Part shown: positions 1 to 7,022 of the stretch, piece by piece | How the letters are laid out: each line of letters starts with the position of its first letter | Position numbering within the stretch: the first letter of the stretch is position 1 | DNA from: an uncultured Gemmatimonas sp. | GTDB lineage: Bacteria; Gemmatimonadota; Gemmatimonadetes; Gemmatimonadales; GWC2-71-9 | Direction of reading: 5' to 3' | Length of the DNA: 64,000 nt | Assembly (NCBI GenBank): GCA_964619465.1 | Contig: CAZUES010000005.1 | Coordinates: 12,182-76,181 of the forward strand | Made by a program: the position numbers and the translations under genes | The notes under the pieces: model-generated | Database searches by the model: none | The model's input: the letters and a program-made list of their open reading frames with translations, nothing else | What the model was told of the DNA's origin: nothing

Positions 1-510
1 GATCGTCCCACCCGGCGGCGTATAGGAAGCCCAGGTCCGACCGCCATCCGCGGTACGAATCAGAGGAAACGCATCGCCGACCGCATCGCTGAACGCAACG
101 CCGACCTCACCGTGAAAATCGAAACAGTCGAAAAAAGCCTTCGGCTCACGATTGGTAAATGTCAGCAACCAACTCGTACCGCCATTCTCCGTCCGGTAGA
201 CTCGAGAACGATCGCCCGGCCCCGCCGCGAGGACGACGGCCCGATCGGCATCGAAGGCATGGATATCGCGAAACTCGAGCGAGTCCGCACCTGGCACAAC
301 CTGGGCAACCCAGGTCGCACCGCCGTTCGTAGTGCGCATGACGGTACCACCAACACCGCTCGCCCACACGACGCGATCATTCACAACCGACACGGCCTGC
401 AGACGGGCCGTCGTACCGGACACTTGCACTTCGAGCTTGGGGCCACTTTCCTGCCCGACCACGCGGGTTGGAACAGCCAGACTGAGCGCCAGCACGATCA
501 GATGTCGCAT
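1..510 (-). CDS. BNR/Asp-box (Ycf48-like) beta-propeller protein, N-terminal 170 aa; the gene continues past the window start
   Basis: Not in the ORF track because there is no stop in the window. Manual minus-strand translation from ATG (510-508) gives MRHLIVLALSLAVPTRVVGQ..., which looks like a signal peptide. It contains repeated T-x-N/D-G-G-x-S/T-W motifs (TTNGGATW, TENGGTSW, TADGGRTW). The start overlaps the upstream stop (TAATG). Confidence 0.7.
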   Translation of the reverse strand, partial: MRHLIVLALSLAVPTRVVGQESGPKLEVQVSGTTARLQAVSVVNDRVVWASGVGGTVMRTTNGGATWVAQVVPGADSLEFRDIHAFDADRAVVLAAGPGDRSRVYRTENGGTSWLLTFTNREPKAFFDCFDFHGEVGVAFSDAVGDAFPLIRTADGGRTWASYTPPGGTI

Positions 511-1361
511 TATGACCTCACGGTTCGCGAAAGCCAGTCACCCACCACAGCAAGCGTGGACTCCGGATCTGCCTGGGGAAACAGATGCCCCGCACCCGCA
601 ATGACTCTCGACTCCGCCCACGGCACAGCCGCCTCGAACTCGGCGCGAGCCGCCGGAAGAAAGGAGTTCGAGTCGGCGCCCGCGACGACGAGGATCGGCA
701 AGGTCGGATCGAGCCGGGCAACCTCCCGCCAGGTGTCCACCTTGAACGAAAGGTAGTAATACGCCTCCCACGCAGCAGACCAGGCCAGGGTAAAGCCGCC
801 GGACCCGTCTGGCCGCAAGGCACCGTCGACATATTGCGTCAGCGCTGCATCGGACCAGTCAGCAAAGAGACGGCGACTGCGCCAGGTATCGAACGCCTCC
901 TGACGCGAGGGAAAACGGCTGCGGCGGCGCATTGCCTGCTTGGCCAGCAGGTGGCCGTCTGGCAGCCATCCCGCTCGCTTCGCAGCGGCATCGCGCTCCA
1001 TCATTTCGCCAGGCAGGATGACCGGATCGAGCAACACCAGCGCCCGGAACAAGGGCCGCCTGAGATTCGCGGCGACGAGCGACGCCACCGCTCCGAAGGA
1101 ATGCCCCACCGCAACAATATCACGGAGCCCATGGTGCTCGATCCCAGCCACGAGATCGACCGCCAGCTCGCTCCAGTCGCCGTTGGCTGCGGGTGGATCG
1201 CCGGCCTCCGGCCATAAGGCACGAGGCGGGAGGGTCACACAGCGAAAACGAGCCGAAAGGGCATCGAGGATCGGCCGATAGGTCGAGAGCGGAAAACCAT
1301 TGGCGGGAGCCCAATGCAGGATCGGCCCGGCGCCACCATGTTCGATCAGAGGATACGTCAT
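510..1361 (-). CDS. alpha/beta-fold hydrolase
   Basis: This is the C-terminal 283 aa of track ORF 510..2513, starting at MTYPLIEHGG (ATG at 1361). It has the nucleophile elbow GHSFG (AVGHSFGAV). The rest of the track ORF is antisense shadow of the M20 gene. Confidence 0.8.
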   Translation of the reverse strand: MTYPLIEHGGAGPILHWAPANGFPLSTYRPILDALSARFRCVTLPPRALWPEAGDPPAANGDWSELAVDLVAGIEHHGLRDIVAVGHSFGAVASLVAANLRRPLFRALVLLDPVILPGEMMERDAAAKRAGWLPDGHLLAKQAMRRRSRFPSRQEAFDTWRSRRLFADWSDAALTQYVDGALRPDGSGGFTLAWSAAWEAYYYLSFKVDTWREVARLDPTLPILVVAGADSNSFLPAARAEFEAAVPWAESRVIAGAGHLFPQADPESTLAVVGDWLSRTVRS

Positions 1362-1475
1362 CAGCCCTGAAGCATTGCAGCAGGACCGGTGCGGAGCAAG
1401 ATCCGAACGGGTATCTTGCGAAATTGTCGCGCCCGCCGCGGGCCTTCCGATTCCCTCGTCTCCGCCGATACGACC

Positions 1476-2846
1476 ATGATGCTTCTCCCCCAGAGCCACC
1501 GTGATGCGGTCGGACTTTGCTCCCCCCATCGCTTTGCCATCTGCCTTGCCGCCATTTGCACGGTAGCCGCCTTCGCACCGTTGTCCGCACAGAGCGGCCT
1601 CACACCCGAGGAGCGGCGAATCCGCCAGGCGGTCGACACCCACTTCGATGGGGCCGTGGCCCTGCTCGAAGAGACGATCAACATCCCGAGCGGCACGCTC
1701 AACGTGGCCGGGGTGCGCGAGGTGGGTCGCGTCTATCGTCGCGAACTCGATGCAATCGGATTCACCACCAGTTGGGTCGAGCTCCCGCCCGCACTGCGCC
1801 GAGCCGGCCATCTCGTGGCGGAATGGCAGGGACCGCGCTTTCGGCCCGGCGGGAAGCGGCTCCTCCTGATCGGACATCTCGATACGGTGTTCGAGGGCGA
1901 CTCCGAACGGTTCGTGCGCAGCGACAGCGTGGTACGCGGCGCCGGCGCGGTCGACATGAAAGGCGGCAACGTCGCGGTAATCCTCGCGCTCAAGGCGCTC
2001 AAAACGTCCGGCGCGCTCGACGCGACATCGATCGTGGTCATCTTCACCGGCGACGAGGAGTCCGCCGGCCGGCCACTCGAAGTTTCCCGCAAGGCGCTGA
2101 TCGATGCGGCCCGCCGAAGCGATCTGGCACTCGCCTTCGAAGGCGGCGACGCGCGCACCGCGACGATTGCCCGTCGTGGCGCGTCGAGCTGGGTGCTGAC
2201 GACGACCGGTAAGCAGGCGCACTCGTCGGGCATCTTCCGCGAAGGTACCGGCTTCGGAGCCATCTACGAGAGCGCCAGGATCCTGAACGAGTTCCGGGAA
2301 CGCCTCTGGAAACAGCCGTACCTGACCTTCAGCCCGGGCACCATCGTCGGCGGCACCGAGGTGGAGTACGACACGGCCACGGTAAGCGGCAAAACCTCGG
2401 GCAAGACCAACATCGTACCGCAACGCGTCGTGGTGCAGGGCGATCTGCGCACCCTGACCAAGGGACAGGAAGATTCGGTTCGCGCTATCATGCGCGAGAT
2501 CGTCTCGAACCATCTGCCGGGGACCGGTGCTCGAATCGACTTCGAAGACGGCTATCCCGGCATGCCCCCGACCGACGGCGGCCGGCAGGCGCTCCGCATC
2601 TTCGATCAGGTGAGCCAGGATCTGGGCTACCCGGCCATCGAGGCGCTGCCGCCGGAGCGGCGCGGCGCCGGCGACATCGGATTCATTGCCGAGATCATTC
2701 CCGGCCTGGACGGATTGGGCGTGGACGGCTTCGGCTCACATGCGCCGAGCGAGGGGATGTATCTGCCGTCCCTTCGGATGGCGGCGCTGCGCGGCGCGGT
2801 CTTGATCAACCGTCTCTCGCGCCCCGCGCAGCCCGCCACCGACTGA
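1476..2846 (+). CDS. M20 family metallopeptidase (carboxypeptidase G2-like), secreted
   Basis: Motifs GHLDTV, VDMKGG and FTGDEESAG are present, with a signal-peptide-like N-terminus after MMLLPQ. The start is uncertain (track ORF begins at 1389). Confidence 0.85.
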   Translation: MMLLPQSHRDAVGLCSPHRFAICLAAICTVAAFAPLSAQSGLTPEERRIRQAVDTHFDGAVALLEETINIPSGTLNVAGVREVGRVYRRELDAIGFTTSWVELPPALRRAGHLVAEWQGPRFRPGGKRLLLIGHLDTVFEGDSERFVRSDSVVRGAGAVDMKGGNVAVILALKALKTSGALDATSIVVIFTGDEESAGRPLEVSRKALIDAARRSDLALAFEGGDARTATIARRGASSWVLTTTGKQAHSSGIFREGTGFGAIYESARILNEFRERLWKQPYLTFSPGTIVGGTEVEYDTATVSGKTSGKTNIVPQRVVVQGDLRTLTKGQEDSVRAIMREIVSNHLPGTGARIDFEDGYPGMPPTDGGRQALRIFDQVSQDLGYPAIEALPPERRGAGDIGFIAEIIPGLDGLGVDGFGSHAPSEGMYLPSLRMAALRGAVLINRLSRPAQPATD

Positions 2847-2850
2847 AGGA

Positions 2851-4005
2851 TCAGTACCGGTTGAGGCTGGGATCCACGTCGGTCCGCCAGGCGAGGATCC
2901 CGCCCGACAGATTGGTGACCTGCGTGAAGCCAGCGTCGACCAGCTGCTCGGCTGCCTGCAAGCTCCGCACGCCGCCCTTACAGTAGACCACGACCTCCCG
3001 GTCGCGGGGAATCTGCTCGAACGACCGCCCGACCTCGCCGAGCGGGATCAGCTCCGCCCCTTCGATCCGCGCGATGGCCCACTCGTGCGGCTCGCGCACA
3101 TCGAGCAGGAAGAAATCGTCGCCCCGCTTCCGCTTGGCATCGAGGTCGGTGGCCGAGATCTCCCGCACGCCGGACTTGGCGGGCGGTACCTCGCATGCGA
3201 CATCGAGATCGACCAGTTCCTTGATCTCGCGAGTGCCGCAGGCCGGGCAGTTCGGATCCTTGCGCACCTTGAGCCGCCGGAACTGCATGTCGAGCGCGTC
3301 GACCAGCAGCAGCTCACCGATCAGCGGCCGGCCGATGCCCAGCACCAGCTTGATGGCCTCGGTTGCCTGGATGGTTCCCACCAACCCGGGAAGCACACCC
3401 AACACGCCGCCTTCGGCGCAGTTAGGCACCGCGCCGGCCGGCGGCGGAACCCGGAAGAGGCAGCGATAGCAGGGACCATCCTTGGTCGCAAAGACCGAGG
3501 CCTGGCCCTCGAAACGGAAGATGCTGCCATACGCATTGGGTACGCCGGTGAGCACGCAAGCATCGTTGACCAGGTAGCGGGTGCCGAAGTTGTCGGTCCC
3601 GTCCACCACCACGTCATACCCTTCGATGATCTCGAGCGCGTTCTCGGCCGAGAGGCGCGTGTCGTAGCGTTCAAGCTTGGTGTACGGGTTCAGGTTGAGC
3701 AGCCGCGCTTCGGCGGAGTCGAGCTTCGACTGGCCGACCGTACTGGTGCTGTGCAGGATCTGCCGCTGCAGATTCGAGGCATCGACGGTATCGAAATCGA
3801 CGAGACCCAGGTGACCGACACCGGCCGCCGCCAGGTAGAGCGCCACCGGCGAGCCAAGTCCGCCGGCGCCGACGATAAGGATACGTGACCTCTTGAGCTG
3901 TTCCTGCCCGGCAAGCCCGACTTCCGGGAGAATGATGTGACGGCTGTAGCGAACCAGTTCATCCTGGCTCAGCGTACCAGCCGCGCGGGGAGCGACCGAG
4001 GCCAT
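2851..4005 (-). CDS. moeZ: MoeB/ThiF-type adenylyltransferase fused to a C-terminal rhodanese domain (MoeZ-like sulfur-carrier activating enzyme)
   Basis: Contains the RYSRHI...VGAGGLGSP nucleotide loop, CYRC...CPAC zinc motifs, and a C-terminal rhodanese loop VVYCKGGVRS. Start taken at MASVAPR (ATG 4005); the alternative is 4053. Confidence 0.85.
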   Translation of the reverse strand: MASVAPRAAGTLSQDELVRYSRHIILPEVGLAGQEQLKRSRILIVGAGGLGSPVALYLAAAGVGHLGLVDFDTVDASNLQRQILHSTSTVGQSKLDSAEARLLNLNPYTKLERYDTRLSAENALEIIEGYDVVVDGTDNFGTRYLVNDACVLTGVPNAYGSIFRFEGQASVFATKDGPCYRCLFRVPPPAGAVPNCAEGGVLGVLPGLVGTIQATEAIKLVLGIGRPLIGELLLVDALDMQFRRLKVRKDPNCPACGTREIKELVDLDVACEVPPAKSGVREISATDLDAKRKRGDDFFLLDVREPHEWAIARIEGAELIPLGEVGRSFEQIPRDREVVVYCKGGVRSLQAAEQLVDAGFTQVTNLSGGILAWRTDVDPSLNRY

Positions 4006-4009
4006 GGCG

Positions 4010-4285
4010 TCAACCTCCCGCGATGGCCGACACGACACTGATGTCGTCGCCATCCTTGACCGGAGTGTCGAGGCCGCTCAGGAAGCGGGCATCTTCGTCG
4101 TTGACGTAGATCGTGACAAAAGCGTTGGCCGGGTCGGTCGCCTGCTCGAGCCGGCGACCGAGTTCGGGGTAGTCGCGGGTAACGTGATTCAACGCCTCAC
4201 CCAGCGTGGCGCCGGAAACGGTGTGGGCCTTGAGACCGCCGGCGTGACGCGCGAGAACGGTGGGAAGCGTGATGGTGACAGCCAT
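4010..4285 (-). CDS. ubiquitin-like sulfur-carrier protein (MoaD/ThiS/CysO family)
   Basis: 91 aa, ending ...VVSAIAGG directly before the stop. It lies between the ThrC-like and MoeZ-like genes, with gaps of 15 and 4 nt. Confidence 0.8.
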   Translation of the reverse strand: MAVTITLPTVLARHAGGLKAHTVSGATLGEALNHVTRDYPELGRRLEQATDPANAFVTIYVNDEDARFLSGLDTPVKDGDDISVVSAIAGG

Positions 4286-4300
4286 GGTAGTACTCCGCTC

Positions 4301-5554
4301 TCAGTGTTGGTACGCGTCGACGACTTTCGCGACGTCGCCGAGCTTGCTCGAAACGACCGGAATGTCGAAGAAATCGGGAGACACGGCATCGGGCGTCTTG
4401 AGCCCGTGCGCCGTGATGCAGATGACGACTTCGTCATCCTTGGTAAAGTGGCCCTTGGCAGCCAGCGCCTGCGCCGCCGCCGTGGTAACGCCGCCCGCCG
4501 TCTCCGTGAAGACGCCGGTGGTCTCGGCCAGAATCCGGATGGCCTGGATCAGCTCTTGATCGGAAACCGCCGCCGCCCAGCCGCCGCTCTCGCGGATGCA
4601 GTGCGCCGCCCGGGCGCCGTCGGCCGGCGCACCGATGGCCAGCGACTTGGCGATGGTATTCGGGATCACCGGGGTGATGGTGGTGGCGCCGCTCTCGACC
4701 GCGTTGACGATGGGCGAGCAGCCGGTGGCCTGCGCACCATAGAGCCGGGGCGCCGAGTCCGTCGCGAGGCCCGCCGCACGAATCTCCCCGAAACCCTTAT
4801 GCAGTTTGGACAGGAGCGACCCGCCGGCAAGCGGCGCCACCACCGCCGTCGGAAGCCGCCAGCCGAGCTGTTCGGCAATTTCAAAGGCCACCGTCTTGGA
4901 ACCTTCGCCGTAGTAGGGGCGGAGGTTGACGTTGACGATACCCCAGGCGTAGCGATCAGCCAGCTGGGCACAGAGGCGGTTCACGTCGTCGTAGTTGCCC
5001 TTGACCTTGAGCACCCGGGCGCCGGCCACCGCCGAGGCGAGGATCTTGGCGGGCTCGAGCGTTTCCGGCACCAGCACCCAGGCCGGGATCCCGGCGCGCG
5101 CCGCATGCGCCGCAACGGCGATCGCGAGATTGCCGGTCGAGGCGCAGCCGATCGTGGTCAGGCCGAGCCCGGCCGCCGCATTGATGGCGCTGGCCACCAC
5201 GCGGTCCTTGAACGAAAGGGTCGGATGGACCACTGTGTCGTTCTTAACCCAGGCCCGTGCCACGCCGAGCAGCTTGGCGAGCCGCGGGGCTTCGACCAGC
5301 GGGGTAAAGCCGGTATCGAGGGAGTAGATCGGCTCGCCCAGGAACGGGAGCCATTCACGGTAACGCCAGAGCGAGGGGGCCCGATCCGCGATCTCTTCGC
5401 GGCTCGGCAGACGTCGAGCAGGATCGTAGTAGGGCTCGAGCGGTCCGAGACACTCCGGACAGATGGCCTGAGCAATCGGTTCGTGCGAGATACCGCAGTG
5501 GCCGCAAACGAGCGGAACGGGCTGAGTGGAAGCTTCGAGCGATACGACGGTCAA
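4301..5554 (-). CDS. threonine synthase-family PLP enzyme with an N-terminal zinc ribbon (ThrC or ThrC-like homocysteine synthase)
   Basis: Contains the PLP-lysine motif HPTLSFKDR, the N-terminal CGHCG...CPEC, and glycine-rich loops. Start is uncertain: I prefer TTG 5554, preceded by GGAGAGAGAG; the track start at 5632 is a GTG that gives an implausible N-terminus. Confidence 0.8.
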   Translation of the reverse strand: MTVVSLEASTQPVPLVCGHCGISHEPIAQAICPECLGPLEPYYDPARRLPSREEIADRAPSLWRYREWLPFLGEPIYSLDTGFTPLVEAPRLAKLLGVARAWVKNDTVVHPTLSFKDRVVASAINAAAGLGLTTIGCASTGNLAIAVAAHAARAGIPAWVLVPETLEPAKILASAVAGARVLKVKGNYDDVNRLCAQLADRYAWGIVNVNLRPYYGEGSKTVAFEIAEQLGWRLPTAVVAPLAGGSLLSKLHKGFGEIRAAGLATDSAPRLYGAQATGCSPIVNAVESGATTITPVIPNTIAKSLAIGAPADGARAAHCIRESGGWAAAVSDQELIQAIRILAETTGVFTETAGGVTTAAAQALAAKGHFTKDDEVVICITAHGLKTPDAVSPDFFDIPVVSSKLGDVAKVVDAYQH

Positions 5555-5788
5555 GGGACTCTCTCTCCATCCCCACACGTCCCGGGTCTCGAGGCCCCGG
5601 AAAAGAAAAATCGCCCGGGTGCCAAAAGACACGCGAGCGCGTGGCTTTTTAGCGTTTGTTTAGCGTGGCCGCAATATGCCGCAAATTGCCACGAGCCAAC
5701 AATTGTCCCCAAACGCTAACACTCGGCCCCGAATCGCGCAAGGGGTGGGCTCTTGCGGCCGGAAGGGCCGCTCACTAGCTTGTCGGCC

Positions 5789-5887
5789 ATGTTCGCAACG
5801 AAGCGCACCGGCACGACGTCCACGACCTTCATGACGAAGGGCGGCATGACCATGTGCAGCCGGCGCGGCGCGAACGACACAGACTGA
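5789..5887 (+). CDS. candidate 32-aa leader peptide MFATKRTGTTSTTFMTKGGMTMCSRRGANDTD
   Basis: Found by manual reading; it is under 60 aa and so absent from the track. It has 9 Thr, 4 Met and 2 Lys codons, G/C at nearly all wobble positions, and is followed by a terminator and then asd. The SD is weak; an alternative TTG start at 5780 follows GGAAGGG. Confidence 0.35.
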   Translation: MFATKRTGTTSTTFMTKGGMTMCSRRGANDTD

Positions 5888-5915
5888 CGCAAGTAACCAG
5901 ACTGGATTGTCCAAC

Positions 5916-5952
5916 GCCCCGCGCCTCGAACGAGCGCGGGGCTTTTCATTTT
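5916..5952 (+). terminator. intrinsic terminator/attenuator hairpin immediately upstream of the asd ribosome-binding site
   Basis: A 9-bp stem GCCCCGCGC (5916-5924) pairs with GCGCGGGGC (5934-5942) around a 9-nt loop, followed by TTTTCATTTT. The GAGGAG SD is at 5954-5959 and the asd GTG at 5967. No plus-strand gene lies upstream for it to terminate. Confidence 0.6.
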
Positions 5953-5966
5953 CGAGGAGCGTTCTC

Positions 5967-7022
5967 GTGACGTCCCGTATCCCCGTAGCGATTCTCGGTG
6001 CCACCGGCACCGTCGGTCAGAAGCTGATCCGCCTGCTGGACAACCATCCCTGGTTCGAAGTGGCCGTGCTCACGGCCTCCGAAACAAGCGCGGGGCGTCC
6101 CTACGCCGAGGTGGTGCGCTGGCGCGAACCCACGCCGCTGCCTGAGCAGGTCGGCAAGCTGGTGATCCAATCGAGCACCACGGCCGTCTCGGTCCCGCTG
6201 GCTTTCTCGGCGCTCGATACCCAGGCCGCGGTGACGATCGAACCGATCTGGGCCCAGGCAGGCGTCGTGATCGTCACCAATGCGAGTCCGACCCGGATGA
6301 ACCCGGACGTACCGCTGATCGTGGCCGAGATCAATGCCGATCACATCGGGCTGCTGCCGCATCAACGGGCCGTGCGCGGCTGGCCAGGGGCCATCGTCGC
6401 CAACCCGAACTGTACCACCACGGGACTGGTACTGGCCCTGGCGCCGCTCCATGCCCGCTTCGGGATCGACCGGCTGGTCGTCTCGACCATGCAGGCCATT
6501 TCCGGCGCCGGGTGGCCGGGCGTGGCGTCGCTCGACATCACGGGCAACGTGGTGCCCTACATCGGCGGCGAGGAGGAGAAGGTCGAGAGCGAAACACGGA
6601 AGATCCTGGGCAGCCTGAGCGGCAACGGCATCAGCGAAGCGCCCGTCATCGTCAGCGCGCACACCAACCGGGTACCGGTCATCGACGGGCACACCGAAAC
6701 CGTGTCGATCGGGTTCACCCGGCGCGTGTCGCCCGAGGAAGTTCGCGACGCGCTGAGCAGCTGGCGCCCCGATCCGCGGATCCTGGCCCTGCCGTCGAGC
6801 CCCGAGCAGCCCGTCGTGGTCGATGACCGTCCGGATCGTCCGCAACCTCGGCTCGATCTCGAGCGCGGCCGCGGCATGACGGCCACGGTCGGGCGAATCC
6901 GCCCCTGCCCCGTCTTCGACATCCGCTTCGTCGTCCTGAGCCACAACACAGTGCGCGGCGCGGCCGGCGCCACTATCCAGAACGCCGAGTTGCTGGTCAG
7001 CGAAGGGATCGTCCCCAGATGA
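5967..7022 (+). CDS. asd: aspartate-semialdehyde dehydrogenase
   Basis: Contains ILGATGTVGQ (Rossmann fold), the active-site region NPNCTTTG, and SGAG. The GTG start follows a GAGGAG SD. The stop overlaps the ask start (ATGA). Confidence 0.9.
   Translation: MTSRIPVAILGATGTVGQKLIRLLDNHPWFEVAVLTASETSAGRPYAEVVRWREPTPLPEQVGKLVIQSSTTAVSVPLAFSALDTQAAVTIEPIWAQAGVVIVTNASPTRMNPDVPLIVAEINADHIGLLPHQRAVRGWPGAIVANPNCTTTGLVLALAPLHARFGIDRLVVSTMQAISGAGWPGVASLDITGNVVPYIGGEEEKVESETRKILGSLSGNGISEAPVIVSAHTNRVPVIDGHTETVSIGFTRRVSPEEVRDALSSWRPDPRILALPSSPEQPVVVDDRPDRPQPRLDLERGRGMTATVGRIRPCPVFDIRFVVLSHNTVRGAAGATIQNAELLVSEGIVPR

Noticed and set aside
510-2513. A 667-aa minus-strand ORF, the longest ORF in the first 3 kb.
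   Set aside because: Only the C-terminal 283 aa (from MTYPLIEHGG) look like a protein, an alpha/beta hydrolase. The N-terminal 384 aa are Arg/Gly/Ala-rich low-complexity sequence lying antisense to the well-supported M20 peptidase gene, so they are a typical high-G+C shadow frame.
5555-5700. A possible SAM or lysine riboswitch in the leaders of the ThrC-like or asd-ask operons.
   Set aside because: I could not find the conserved cores I know: the SAM-I GGCAACC/GAGGGA-type blocks and the L-box AGAGGCGC-type junctions. There is an AAAAAGCC tract loosely reminiscent of SAM-II tails, which is not enough for a call. A covariance-model scan is needed.
4004-5719. Long ORFs antisense to confident genes. 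Examples: 4004-5719(+), 5946-7031(-), 9170-11257(-), 22710-23903(+), 24931-26319(+), 33334-34371(+), 34393-35661(+), 42362-43474(+), 48520-49611(+), 50325-51815(+).
   Set aside because: All are Arg/Gly/Pro/His-rich with no recognisable motifs, and each overlaps an opposite-strand gene that has clear family signatures. Stop codons are rare in antisense frames of high-G+C coding DNA.
5716-5949. A 77-aa minus-strand ORF (MKSPALVRGAG...MVMPPFVMKVVDVVPVRFVANM...) antisense to the proposed leader peptide.
   Set aside because: It shares wobble positions with the plus-strand leader ORF, so codon bias cannot discriminate between them. Its first 10 codons are simply the terminator hairpin read backwards, and it has no SD. 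I favour the plus-strand leader because of the downstream U-tract terminator and the asd SD, but I have not strictly excluded this ORF.
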